A DNA stretch of 27,711 nucleotides, taken from the UHGV virus genome UHGV-0119636; one strand, 5' to 3'. Every line of letters starts with the position of its first letter. The first letter of the stretch is position 1. Below are positions 1-8,914 of this stretch, piece after piece. This stretch comes from a virus. The notes under the pieces were generated by a model. It ran no database searches. It was not told where the DNA came from and saw only the letters and a list, made by a program, of their open reading frames with translations. Made by a program: the position numbers and the translations under genes.

Positions 1-1854
1 GCTTTTAATCGCTTCAAAATTTACCATTTTATCTTCTCCTTTCGTCGGTAAACCAGAGCTAATCGTTGCGATGGGCAAATCATTACACTTTGTAAGTTTT
101 CTTCGTAATGAGCTTTTACCCGTGAACACTTTCACTTCGATGTGGTCGTCATAAATACGACTCAGTTTTTTCACATCTCCCGTATAAATATAATGAAGAT
201 GAATACCTCCACCACTTTTGCTTAACTCAGCATATGTTGGAGGCCATTTACTAGCTGCTTCAAGATTCTTCTCGAAACATTTATTACCATTCTCGTCCTT
301 AATATCAAAGTCAATAACTACATGATTTTCAGGGACCTTGACGTAATGAAGTTTTGATGTGTCAAGTTCTGATAGGGTAGTTGAAACTTCATCCCATGGC
401 TTCGTCGGAGTTTCTTTTGAAGTAGCATATTGAGCTGGACAATCAGAACATTCTTTATCAAAAATAGACTCCTGTTCTTCAAATATAAGCCAGCTCTCAG
501 TTTTCTCATCTCCAATAGGTTTCTCTGCTTTAACCTTTTTCTTCCCACCAATAGAGTCTTCGAAAATATCAGTCTTAAAACCGTCGTAATAACTCAGCAG
601 CTTACTTCCATCTTCTTTCTCCACCTTCTCATCAAATTCCAAAAAATAGTTTCTCAACTCGTCTTTGAATTTTGTCTTAGAAAATGGATACGGCACTTTT
701 GCTTCCTCACAGTAGTTTTTATACATCTCCCATGCTGCTTTTAGCGTAGTACCATCTTCTTTCTTGAAGACACTGAATGAATCACATACGAAGTTATAAA
801 AGTCATTAGAAGCCATAAGCATGTCCTTCGGAGCGTAAGTATCGTAATACTCTGGATCTTCTTTAAAGACTTGTAAACAATGATATGCGATTGCTCCCAA
901 CTCAAAATCAACCTGTTTGGTCAATCTACGATATTCTCGAATCGGTATCTTGTTTCCAGTAGGACGAACGTCAATCAAACGCCTTAGTAAACCAGACTTA
1001 GCATCAGTGATCTTAACAGGTGTGTTTGTACCCATAAATAAAAAACATTTGAATCTTGTTTCATATTGTCCTTTAAATTTTTCATTCATGGTCATTATCT
1101 CGTGTGAAATCACCGAGTTTAAGCGCGTATTATCTTCGATTTTTGATAAATCACCATCATGTTGTATCGCTACAAGAGGGTTATTCTTAAACGGTTCCAG
1201 AGCGAAAACATTATTCGGATTACCCAAAGCTTTTGCGTCAAAAGAACAACAATATCCTTCAAATAATTTCTCGATAATATTTATGATAGTTGATTTACCA
1301 GTACCACCAGCTCCGTAAAGCACCAGGAACTTTTGAAGTATTTTTGATTCCCCAGATACAACGGAGCCGATAGCCCATTCTATTTTACGTCGTTCTTCTT
1401 CGGAATATAGAGTACCGATGAGTTTATCCCATGCAGAAATATCGCCAGGTTCGAGAGGATACGGGAGTCTCTTGCTTGCGAAATTCTCTCTGCTTAATTC
1501 TGTGTTTGAAAATATAAGTTCATCATCGAGTACAGCAAAGTTATCACGCATCTGTTTCTGACAATATTTATGGAACTTATCGATTGAGCCACTGTCAGCA
1601 TCCCACATATACTTAATTACAGGAGTACCTTCAAGACGTCCTTCATTTTCAGCGACATATCTATCAAGTTCTCTATCTACAAGACGGGTTACATCGTCTT
1701 CATCTGTACTCCACATCTTTCGATCTTCATCCCAGATAGCGTAAAAGTCCCTACCTCGAATCATGAGATCTTTAGATTTCAACATTTTGAACTTAGGAGA
1801 AACATCAACACTGCTTTTATTCGTCTTCGTTGATACTGTCATGAAGTCCAACAT
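1..1854 (-). CDS. Replication protein, P-loop NTPase with primase-polymerase-like motifs (partial, continues beyond window start)
   Basis: Open minus-strand frame runs from ATG at 1854 off the left edge (618 codons). Walker A motif LYGAGGTGKST; later VIDFDIKDE and SGGGIHLHY resemble primase-polymerase catalytic motifs. SD AAGGAGG lies 11 nt upstream of the ATG. Confidence 0.7.
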   Translation of the reverse strand, partial: MLDFMTVSTKTNKSSVDVSPKFKMLKSKDLMIRGRDFYAIWDEDRKMWSTDEDDVTRLVDRELDRYVAENEGRLEGTPVIKYMWDADSGSIDKFHKYCQKQMRDNFAVLDDELIFSNTELSRENFASKRLPYPLEPGDISAWDKLIGTLYSEEERRKIEWAIGSVVSGESKILQKFLVLYGAGGTGKSTIINIIEKLFEGYCCSFDAKALGNPNNVFALEPFKNNPLVAIQHDGDLSKIEDNTRLNSVISHEIMTMNEKFKGQYETRFKCFLFMGTNTPVKITDAKSGLLRRLIDVRPTGNKIPIREYRRLTKQVDFELGAIAYHCLQVFKEDPEYYDTYAPKDMLMASNDFYNFVCDSFSVFKKEDGTTLKAAWEMYKNYCEEAKVPYPFSKTKFKDELRNYFLEFDEKVEKEDGSKLLSYYDGFKTDIFEDSIGGKKKVKAEKPIGDEKTESWLIFEEQESIFDKECSDCPAQYATSKETPTKPWDEVSTTLSELDTSKLHYVKVPENHVVIDFDIKDENGNKCFEKNLEAASKWPPTYAELSKSGGGIHLHYIYTGDVKKLSRIYDDHIEVKVFTGKSSLRRKLTKCNDLPIATISSGLPTKGEDKMVNFEAIKS

Positions 1855-2065
1855 TCATCTTATGGCCTCCTTTCATTTTTTTAATATATGATTCTAATGT
1901 TTCATAGCACCAGTCATAAAAATTATGGTAAGTAAAAACAAAATCCGAGCCGCTTTTTATGCGAACTCGGACACTATCTTTACCGTTGGGGAACCAGTCT
2001 TCTACATGAATTGCAATTTCCGGAAATTGTTTGCTAAATTGTTTATATACATCTTCGTGCTTCAT
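1817..2065 (-). CDS. Hypothetical protein, 82 aa
   Basis: ORF with SD AGAGGT upstream; its 3' end overlaps the start of the NTPase gene in another frame. Confidence 0.5.
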   Translation of the reverse strand: MKHEDVYKQFSKQFPEIAIHVEDWFPNGKDSVRVRIKSGSDFVFTYHNFYDWCYETLESYIKKMKGGHKMNVGLHDSINEDE

Positions 2066-2074
2066 ATCTTACCT

Positions 2075-2629
2075 CTAAACAAAAGTATCTAAATACCATA
2101 ACATTTGAATCCAGATTTCAAATTTACGTAAGTCATGATCGCAATTCTTAACTCTGAATAATCCACCGCGGCCGTCGGGTTCATATTCACGTTTGAGAAA
2201 TGTGTTGATCACTTCTCTAACATACTTTTTATCAAACCTGGAATCATACATACCGCCCAAACCGAGATTTACGATCATCTTCCAGAACCATTGTCCTGTT
2301 CTATCGCCGACACTCGGATCGTCCATAATATCTTCGCAACGAATTGCAAGAGCTATTATCATTTCTAGGATACTACATGGACGAGATAACATATCGACGA
2401 TAACTTCTCGGCTTTCAGGGCTGTATATTTCATAAGCAAACCGACTTCTCAGATTTTCTCCGTCAGTTTCTCTGTTCTCATCTTTTGGGATGCTGTATCT
2501 GAATTCAATCTCATGTAAATATTCCAAAAGCTTTTTATATGAATTTGCTTTGGCATATCTACCACTGCATACCAGATTATACATCCACTCGAAATATTCT
2601 ATCTCAATTTCAGTCCTCGTCACCGCCAA
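2075..2629 (-). CDS. Hypothetical protein, about 184 aa
   Basis: ORF track; the listed start is TTG, a GTG two codons in has better SD spacing. Start uncertain. Confidence 0.5.
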   Translation of the reverse strand: MAVTRTEIEIEYFEWMYNLVCSGRYAKANSYKKLLEYLHEIEFRYSIPKDENRETDGENLRSRFAYEIYSPESREVIVDMLSRPCSILEMIIALAIRCEDIMDDPSVGDRTGQWFWKMIVNLGLGGMYDSRFDKKYVREVINTFLKREYEPDGRGGLFRVKNCDHDLRKFEIWIQMLWYLDTFV

Positions 2630-3203
2630 CTACCTCGCTGTAACTTCCGTAATCTCTAAGGATTTCGTAATATGACTTAAAATTAGGATTTTTGATATAC
2701 ACAGTATCGTCTTCATACTCTCCGAAATGGGAAGCGAAATCCTCTCCTACCATCTCGTCAATATTACCAATTATTCTGTCACGTTCATCCGCGAGCACTC
2801 CATCACCTTCATAATATGTCAGAGTGATCATCGGATAATCCTGCTCCCATGTCTCTTCTGGAGCAATTACTTCAGGTCCGCCCATGTCATCTGCTTCCTC
2901 CTTTTCTTTCTCTTTCATAGCCTGCTCGTTAATATAACCGAGCTCCTGTACTTTATCTCTGATTTCCTGAACAGTAAGTTTATCCGGATTTTCAATACCA
3001 TCTTTTAAACCTTCCGTTAAAGCCTCTCCAACTTTTTTACAAGCTTTGCTCTCAGAATAGCGATCCCTAAGGAATTCATTCTCTTCGGTTTTGTCAGCAA
3101 TGATCTGCTCGTACTTGGTTTTAACTAACTTCCATGTTACTACCGAACCGATTGCACCTCCAGCTAAGAATATCATTCCTTTAATTAATAAATTCTTGTT
3201 CAT
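2610..3203 (-). CDS. Membrane-anchored acidic protein, 197 aa
   Basis: Strong SD GAAAGGAGA before ATG; N-terminal hydrophobic helix IFLAGGAIGSVVTW, then a strongly acidic remainder. Confidence 0.6.
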   Translation of the reverse strand: MNKNLLIKGMIFLAGGAIGSVVTWKLVKTKYEQIIADKTEENEFLRDRYSESKACKKVGEALTEGLKDGIENPDKLTVQEIRDKVQELGYINEQAMKEKEKEEADDMGGPEVIAPEETWEQDYPMITLTYYEGDGVLADERDRIIGNIDEMVGEDFASHFGEYEDDTVYIKNPNFKSYYEILRDYGSYSEVVGGDED

Positions 3204-3215
3204 TTGTTTCTCCTT

Positions 3216-3413
3216 TCACTCAGAGTATATAAGTTCGTACTCACCGCTATCATTTTGTTCCTCGTTTGGATCAGTCTTTACCGATAACACCGTCACTGCT
3301 AGTCCACCGAATAACAGTGAAATACTCATAAGAATCCCTCCTGCGATATGACGTCTTTTCTTTGTATTTAACGAATGGTCTATCATTGATAGAATTCTTC
3401 CGAGCTTCTCCAC
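3216..3413 (-). CDS. Small membrane protein, 65 aa, GTG start
   Basis: SD AAGGGAG upstream of GTG; hydrophobic segment GGILMSISLLFGGLAVTVL. Confidence 0.45.
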   Translation of the reverse strand: MEKLGRILSMIDHSLNTKKRRHIAGGILMSISLLFGGLAVTVLSVKTDPNEEQNDSGEYELIYSE

Positions 3414-3432
3414 TTATATCTCTCCCTTTGTT

Positions 3433-3561
3433 TTATTTAGTTGCTGTTGTAGTTTTTAAAATATGCGAATTCCCCTCAATAGGATGAGTAAGAATCATAA
3501 GTCCACTGACAAAACAAATCCCAGCAATAGTGGCAAACGTAATTGATAACTTTTCTTTCAC
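3433..3561 (-). CDS. Possible small membrane protein, 42 aa, GTG start
   Basis: Found by hand, below the ORF-track size cut-off; weak SD AAAGGA; hydrophobic core FATIAGICFVSGLMIL. Confidence 0.3.
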   Translation of the reverse strand: MKEKLSITFATIAGICFVSGLMILTHPIEGNSHILKTTTATK

Positions 3562-3809
3562 GTTAAGTCAGTCCTTTCATTCTTTTCGAACGGATTTGGT
3601 TGCAACGCTAAAACAAAGTAGTCATCGACGATTTTAGCACCTTTTACTTTGCCGATTTCAATCATTGCTTTAACTGTTGCAGTTCCACAATTCCATCTCA
3701 CAGCTGCTTTTTCTGCTGAGATAAATAACGGCGTAAGATTCTGACTGAATAACTCTTTGTCTTCCAAACCGTTCTCCAAAATATAAATGATTAACTCTCT
3801 ACCGGTCAT
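3558..3809 (-). CDS. Hypothetical protein, 83 aa
   Basis: ORF track; start overlaps the stop of the upstream small ORF (ATGA). Confidence 0.5.
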   Translation of the reverse strand: MTGRELIIYILENGLEDKELFSQNLTPLFISAEKAAVRWNCGTATVKAMIEIGKVKGAKIVDDYFVLALQPNPFEKNERTDLT

Positions 3810-3961
3810 AAATCTCTCTCCATTTTTGATATATACTCTTCAGGAAATATGGAATCGATAGACTTCAAGATGTCATTTAGATCATCTTCATCCATCGGTT
3901 CACTTAGAGTACAGGCTACTGCAATTTTTAAGTTATTGAGTCTTTCTCGTAAATCGGTCAT
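3806..3961 (-). CDS. Possible small acidic protein, 51 aa
   Basis: Found by hand; SD AAGGAG 6 nt upstream of ATG; stop overlaps next start. Confidence 0.35.
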   Translation of the reverse strand: MTDLRERLNNLKIAVACTLSEPMDEDDLNDILKSIDSIFPEEYISKMERDL

Positions 3962-4064
3962 TCAATTCTCCTTATACTTACCCTCAGCCTCATGCACGAA
4001 GCCAAGGGTAGTCAAACATATCTCTGTAGGGATTCCCAGACCCGAGATTATCGAGTCCTGACAT

Positions 4065-5003
4065 TCAAATCATGTTGAGAATATCCCCATCCACATTGAA
4101 ATCAAGAAGAATAGTTCTCTCATAACCGTTCACGAAGTTACGATTTGCCTCGTTGTAAGTGTTATAGATTCCGAAATCTACGAAATTATCACCTACTGGA
4201 TGTTTCTCGTCATAAATCCATCCAACAATCTGACCTGCCTGTGTACGCGGGATTCCGAGCATATCATATACTTCATTCAGGAACAGATGACCTTTCGTTT
4301 TCAACATGTCATTTGCATAACGCTGCTGATCTTTAAGGAACATTAGATTGAATTCAGGATCTTTAGTCCATCCTGTACATCCATCATCGAAGAATTTAGC
4401 ATAATCGCTGTAACTGTCGAGAGTTGCTACATTTGCTGTTTTCTTAACAGTAGTTTCTGTACCATCTTCATTTACAACAGTCTCTTCGATTTCTTTTGCT
4501 TTGATGTTGTACTTCAGTTCTTTATCAAGCTCTTCACCAAATCTCTCAATAACACGACCACGATATTCCTTGAAGCCTTTGTCAATAGTTGCATAAGCGG
4601 CTGCAAGTGCTAAGTTACGTTTACGAAGAATATGATGACCACTAAGAATAGCAGCGATAGAAACTGTTCCAAGGATTACTGCTGGAGCATAAAGTTTTGC
4701 TACCTTTACGGCTGTTTGAGTATACATGATAGTTAAATCTTTCTTACCATCTTCTTCTGTGTACTCTTTACCTTCTGGAACCATATCTGGATTTTCCATA
4801 AATTCATGAATTTTCTCGATTTTTTCTTTTGGCTCAGCGAGCACCTCATCGAGTTTAGTAGTTGCTTTACATGCCATTACAGCAGAGCCAACTACACCAA
4901 CAATACCTGCGCCAACCAAGATTTCAGGGCTATGCTTTTTAAATTTAAAACCTACACGATGGAGGCTTCTAGTTACTGTGTTCATAATTTCTAATTTTGC
5001 CAT
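4065..5003 (-). CDS. Two-helix membrane protein, paralog family member A, 312 aa
   Basis: SD AAAAGGAGAG; N-terminal SPEILVGAGIVGVVGSAVMACKAT, second hydrophobic helix, RNLALAAAYA motif and conserved C-terminal domain shared with the genes at 7078-7905 and 9366-10133. Confidence 0.7.
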   Translation of the reverse strand: MAKLEIMNTVTRSLHRVGFKFKKHSPEILVGAGIVGVVGSAVMACKATTKLDEVLAEPKEKIEKIHEFMENPDMVPEGKEYTEEDGKKDLTIMYTQTAVKVAKLYAPAVILGTVSIAAILSGHHILRKRNLALAAAYATIDKGFKEYRGRVIERFGEELDKELKYNIKAKEIEETVVNEDGTETTVKKTANVATLDSYSDYAKFFDDGCTGWTKDPEFNLMFLKDQQRYANDMLKTKGHLFLNEVYDMLGIPRTQAGQIVGWIYDEKHPVGDNFVDFGIYNTYNEANRNFVNGYERTILLDFNVDGDILNMI

Positions 5004-5005
5004 GA

Positions 5006-5452
5006 TTATTTACTCTCCTTTTCTAATTCTTTACAAAATTCCATTAAACTTTTACCGCGAATAAGAATATCGTTTGGTGTTAAAACAATATCAGGTTCCT
5101 TGCTCTTATTCGGATTCTCAACATATTCAATAAGCCTATTGAGATACCACTGAGCTTTCTTTAAGTCCTCAATGCCGTTTTTCTTTTTCCAGCGACATAA
5201 ATACTTCATTGCATTACCTGTACAAAATGCTTCTAATCCGTTAAGACCATCACAAAAGGCCTCGATAACGTCGATAGTTTCGAGACCTGATTTTGACTGA
5301 TAATGATCCGGATGATTCACCATATCGTTTTTGGCAACCCATTGTGTCGGAATACAAAAAGGATCATCGCTCGTTATACAGTGTTTACAAGCTTCCGATC
5401 CCATTGTACGACCACAATTGTCACAATCATATTTGCTTTTTGTTATACTCAT
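5006..5452 (-). CDS. DUF3310-like protein with N-terminal Cys-rich zinc-ribbon
   Basis: SD GAAAGGAAAA; CDNCGRT..CKHC cluster; HPDHY...GLETIDVIEA...GNAMKYLCRWKKK...DLKKAQWYL pattern recalled as DUF3310 (family assignment from memory). Confidence 0.55.
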   Translation of the reverse strand: MSITKSKYDCDNCGRTMGSEACKHCITSDDPFCIPTQWVAKNDMVNHPDHYQSKSGLETIDVIEAFCDGLNGLEAFCTGNAMKYLCRWKKKNGIEDLKKAQWYLNRLIEYVENPNKSKEPDIVLTPNDILIRGKSLMEFCKELEKESK

Positions 5453-5462
5453 AGTTTTCCTT

Positions 5463-5771
5463 TCAAATATAATCTTTTACCTTCTTGCCAGTGTTATAAA
5501 TCTCTCGTTCGATTCCTAGACCAAAAGGTAATCTAACACTCTCTAATTCAGACAGCATTACATAACCCCATTCCCATTCAAAAAGATGACAATAACCGTA
5601 TAATAACCAGTCACCGTCATCTTGTTTTTCACCTTCTGTAATTAACCAGGTACCTGTTCCAGTTGGATTAAAATACTTAACTACTACATCAGCTTCTTCC
5701 ATCTTTCCTTCCTGAGAACCAATCGGATAATTTTCAAAAGTTTTCTCCAATTCATCGGTCATTAGTAGCAT
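5463..5771 (-). CDS. DUF2958-like protein, 102 aa
   Basis: VKYFNPTGTGTWLITE...DGDWLLYGYCHL..EWGYVMLSELESV pattern recalled as DUF2958 (from memory). Confidence 0.55.
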   Translation of the reverse strand: MLLMTDELEKTFENYPIGSQEGKMEEADVVVKYFNPTGTGTWLITEGEKQDDGDWLLYGYCHLFEWEWGYVMLSELESVRLPFGLGIEREIYNTGKKVKDYI

Positions 5772-5803
5772 CGTAACGACACATCCTTATTGTGTATTTT
5801 TAT

Positions 5804-6412
5804 TTAGTCAATTGGCATAGCTTTTGGCAACTTAAGAACATATCCATCTTTAATTCTCACAGTCTCGGCAGTACGAATGTTTGTCCATCCGTATTTGTTA
5901 CTTGTATACGGTGCTGGAAGAGCAGCCATATCATACATATCAGCTACAGTAACAAAGCCATATGTGTCTATAAGATCTACCATCTGTTCTCTTACAGCCT
6001 CACATTCACCGCGAGAATCAAACACAAGATCATCATAATCAAACCGGCCTTTTGCACGTAGACCACCATCACGTCGATCGTCTTTCTTATCGTCATAATA
6101 ACTTCGGTAAGATATCTTGTTCCCAGTCTTACGCTTATTACTTCCAGAACCGCCGTAAAGAATCATGTCGGCACCATCAGTAACAATATCCAAGATTGCT
6201 TTCTTAATTGCTGGAATCAAAACATCCAAGACAATATATGATTTAACATTAGCTGCATCTTCGGAAATGAACATGCTTGCTAATTTACGTCCTTCGTTTT
6301 TCTTCGTTTTCACTTTACCATTAACAACTTTCTGCACCCTCTTTTCTTTCGTAGGCGCTTCAGTTGCTTTTTCTTCTTTGCTCTTATGAGAATTCGGTTG
6401 ATATTCTCTCAT
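5804..6412 (-). CDS. Hypothetical protein, 202 aa, basic N-terminus
   Basis: ORF track; SD AGAGGTGA upstream of ATG. Confidence 0.6.
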   Translation of the reverse strand: MREYQPNSHKSKEEKATEAPTKEKRVQKVVNGKVKTKKNEGRKLASMFISEDAANVKSYIVLDVLIPAIKKAILDIVTDGADMILYGGSGSNKRKTGNKISYRSYYDDKKDDRRDGGLRAKGRFDYDDLVFDSRGECEAVREQMVDLIDTYGFVTVADMYDMAALPAPYTSNKYGWTNIRTAETVRIKDGYVLKLPKAMPID

Positions 6413-6426
6413 TTTCTTATCACCTC

Positions 6427-6630
6427 TTAATTAACCATTTTGATTTCACCAGGCAATGTTATCCTCACACCTGGCAATAAATTTAATTGTTTCTTAGCCT
6501 GATAAGTTAAGTTACTCCTGGCTTTTTGTTTTGATGAAGCACTTGTTTCACCCTTCCAACGATCGATCATGCATTTATCAAACGACATTACAGGACCTTC
6601 GTATGTGTATTTGTCATACTCTTCGTTCAT
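6427..6630 (-). CDS. Hypothetical protein, 67 aa
   Basis: ORF track; SD AGGAGG upstream. Confidence 0.45.
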   Translation of the reverse strand: MNEEYDKYTYEGPVMSFDKCMIDRWKGETSASSKQKARSNLTYQAKKQLNLLPGVRITLPGEIKMVN

Positions 6631-6702
6631 TGTTACCTCCTAGAAACAAAAAGAGAAGAGTCCCATAATTGAGACCCGTCTCTTTTTCGAATACTTTAAA
6701 TG

Positions 6703-7008
6703 TTATTTCTCGGCTGCTTCCTCGTCGATTTCTTCCTCGATAACGGATTCATCTTCAGGTTCATCAACCTCTTCAACCTCGACCCATTTCAGTCTTTTCT
6801 TGGCTTTCTTCTTTTTAGGCTGCTCGTCTTTCTTTTTGGATTTGATTTTCTTGTAAGCTGCTGCTCCTAATGCAACTGCTCCAGCAATCAATCCTACTGT
6901 CAGACCGATAGCCTTTCCAGATCCACCTTCTTCTACTGAATAGTCTTCCGGCTCCAGGTCAATAACCTCAACCTCGTTATCCATTACTTCGTCTTTGATT
7001 TCGCTCAT
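6703..7008 (-). CDS. Membrane protein with acidic termini, 101 aa
   Basis: ORF-track start at 7050 is the ATG inside the promoter motif; the real start is the ATG at 7008 preceded by SD AAAGGAGG. One helix GLTVGLIAGAVALGAAAY, then a lysine-rich stretch and acidic tail. Confidence 0.55.
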   Translation of the reverse strand: MSEIKDEVMDNEVEVIDLEPEDYSVEEGGSGKAIGLTVGLIAGAVALGAAAYKKIKSKKKDEQPKKKKAKKRLKWVEVEEVDEPEDESVIEEEIDEEAAEK

Positions 7009-7047
7009 AGCAAGATCCTCCTTTAAAATAATTTTAAGTATTTTCTT

Positions 7048-7074
7048 CATAAAGCACTGTGTATTTTTCGCGTA
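7048..7074 (-). promoter_or_regulatory. Conserved promoter/operator-like element, copy p
   Basis: Plus strand cataaagcactgtgtatttttcgcgta; member of the 17-copy family; about 40 nt upstream of the start at 7008. Confidence 0.5.
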
Positions 7075-7077
7075 TGA

Positions 7078-7905
7078 TTAATAGTAGCTATCGAAACCAT
7101 ATTCCGGAGGCATCAGATGATCAATAACAATACACGGTTCATTATCTTCCGTAATTTGAGCACTATATCTCACATCGATTTTGCCTTTATCGATTCTCCA
7201 ACCGATGCTATTACCAACTTCGGTATGCTTAAGACCAATTTCGTCATAGAAATCATTCAGAGAAATATACATCTCGTTACCGTTGATCATTCTCTCATTA
7301 AGAGTAAGAACAGCATTTTTAATCTTGTCGATATCCGATCTGAAATATCTGTCGGAATGACTGTCATAACACAACGTGTTACCTTTACCTGTCATGATAA
7401 TCTGAGTGTCTGCAACCGGATGTTCTTCAACTTGCTTCTTAGCGACTTTATCTCTGATGTTATTTTCCTTCTTCTCTCCGATAGTCTCTACCACTTTCTC
7501 TCTGTAGTCAGACAGTGCTGTTGTAGATAACTGATATGCTGTTGCCAATGCTGCGTTACGTCTTACATGTACGGAATTAGCACCGATAAGACAAGCGACT
7601 GACGCAATGCCAGTGATAGCTGCTGGAATATAAGGTTTCCAAGCTGCTTTTACTGTTTCGACAGGTGTGAGATTTAAAGCGTTTCTTTCGTCTTCTTCTG
7701 TGAAAATACCGCCTTCATGAGCTTCTTTCTCTTTAAACTTCTTCTCTTCCTCGATTAACTCCATAGCTTTTGGTGTTGCTTTTACTGCAAGCACAACAGT
7801 AGATATCATACCTGCGATACCAATGCCAGTAAGAATTTCCGGACTGCGTTTTTTCATTACATATTTTGCAGTGTTTAAAAATTTTGTTACATTTGGTTTG
7901 TTCAT
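7078..7905 (-). CDS. Two-helix membrane protein, paralog family member C, 275 aa
   Basis: SD GAAAGGAGA; SPEILTGIGIAGMISTVVLAVKATPKAMELIEEE N-terminus almost identical to the 9366-10133 gene; conserved C-terminal domain. Confidence 0.7.
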   Translation of the reverse strand: MNKPNVTKFLNTAKYVMKKRSPEILTGIGIAGMISTVVLAVKATPKAMELIEEEKKFKEKEAHEGGIFTEEDERNALNLTPVETVKAAWKPYIPAAITGIASVACLIGANSVHVRRNAALATAYQLSTTALSDYREKVVETIGEKKENNIRDKVAKKQVEEHPVADTQIIMTGKGNTLCYDSHSDRYFRSDIDKIKNAVLTLNERMINGNEMYISLNDFYDEIGLKHTEVGNSIGWRIDKGKIDVRYSAQITEDNEPCIVIDHLMPPEYGFDSYY

Positions 7906-7994
7906 TTTTTATCTCCTTTCATGAACAGTTAAATTGTTTTTACCAAAAATCCCACTCGGGAAAATTTTGATCTTGAAAAAATAGAAATCGAAAA

Positions 7995-8066
7995 GAAACA
8001 GTGTAGGACTCGAACCCACAACCTACAGATATAAGTCTGTTGCTCTACCAATTGAGCTAACTGTTT
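7995..8066 (-). tRNA. tRNA gene, anticodon probably UAU (Ile), with an unusual anticodon arm
   Basis: Hand fold: acceptor AAACAGT/ACTGTTT, D-arm GCTC-AATTGGTA-GAGC, T-arm GTGGG-TTCGAGT-CCTAC, 72 nt, no encoded CCA. The anticodon arm ACAGA-CUUAUA-UCUGU is 16 nt, one short of canonical. Starts 5 nt after the -10-like end of motif q. Confidence 0.65.
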
Positions 8067-8070
8067 CTTC

Positions 8071-8100
8071 TCATAATAGCGCTTGTAAATTTCGCGAATA
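8071..8100 (-). promoter_or_regulatory. Conserved promoter/operator-like element, copy q (drives the tRNA)
   Basis: Plus strand tcataatagcgcttgtaaatttcgcgaata. Confidence 0.55.
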
Positions 8101-8142
8101 TAGATCTTCAGAAACAAAAAAGAAGAACCCCGAAGGATTCTC

Positions 8143-8313
8143 CTAGACTTTCTTCTGAAGCTCAGAAACTGCTTTCTTCAACTCTTCAAACTCCTTTTCT
8201 TTTTTCTGATCTGATAATGCACCTGCTATAGCCATAATACCTGTTACTACAACACCTGCATATTTTCCGACAGACTTCAGAAGCGGATTATTGATAATAC
8301 CTTTGAATTTCAT
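8143..8313 (-). CDS. Small membrane protein, 56 aa
   Basis: Found by hand; SD GAAAGGAGA; hydrophobic YAGVVVTGIMAIAGAL; motif o lies upstream. Confidence 0.45.
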   Translation of the reverse strand: MKFKGIINNPLLKSVGKYAGVVVTGIMAIAGALSDQKKEKEFEELKKAVSELQKKV

Positions 8314-8336
8314 TTTTCTCGTCTCCTTTCTTCATT

Positions 8337-8366
8337 CCATTAAAGGAAATGTTTTTGTCGCGATAC
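8337..8366 (-). promoter_or_regulatory. Conserved promoter/operator-like element, copy o
   Basis: Plus strand ccattaaaggaaatgtttttgtcgcgatac. Confidence 0.5.
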
Positions 8367-8400
8367 CGGTTTCGCTATATCAAAATATCATCGTTTATCG

Positions 8401-8856
8401 TCACCCGTGTATGGGTAAATCCATTTTGATTTTGTCAGGATTCATAATGAGGATACTATCGCAGTCCCAGCCATACAGATCCCAATATAACTGATGATCA
8501 GCTGATAAATTTAACTCGATGGCATCATAGCCAAGTTCAATGCATTTCTCGAAATCTATCAGTGTACTTATTGATTTCCATACCGGGTCAGCAATTGTTG
8601 GAAGTTCCTTTAATTTTTCTACGGAATCTATAACGAATATATTGGCTTCCGGAAGAGTGAATATGAAACTATTTTCTTCAATACATTCACGAAAATTTTC
8701 TCTTTCACACCAGTCTTTCCAACCTAATTTGGCATCTATCGGACTAGCCCAAAGACCTCCTCTAGGTTTAACCCAGCATTGCTCATTTTGAATAGGTTTA
8801 AATAAGTTTGGATTAAAAGTTGCATGTCCGTAATGAATATAAATCTTGTCTTGCAT
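8401..8856 (-). CDS. Hypothetical protein, 151 aa
   Basis: ORF track extends to 8889, but the SD AAAGGA precedes the internal ATG at 8856 (MQDKIY...). Confidence 0.55.
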   Translation of the reverse strand: MQDKIYIHYGHATFNPNLFKPIQNEQCWVKPRGGLWASPIDAKLGWKDWCERENFRECIEENSFIFTLPEANIFVIDSVEKLKELPTIADPVWKSISTLIDFEKCIELGYDAIELNLSADHQLYWDLYGWDCDSILIMNPDKIKMDLPIHG

Positions 8857-8914
8857 ATTACTATCCTTTCGTTCAAAAACATATGTCACTTAGTAACAAA
8901 AAGAAAAGAGGCCC

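Noticed and set aside
430-1318. Plus-strand ORFs 430-744 and 917-1318
   Set aside because: They lie antisense inside the long minus-strand NTPase gene, have no ribosome-binding site and give low-complexity translations; the minus frame carries the Walker A motif.
3849-4061. Plus-strand ORF of 70 aa
   Set aside because: No ribosome-binding site; the region is better explained by a minus-strand small ORF with SD AAGGAG and a hairpin.
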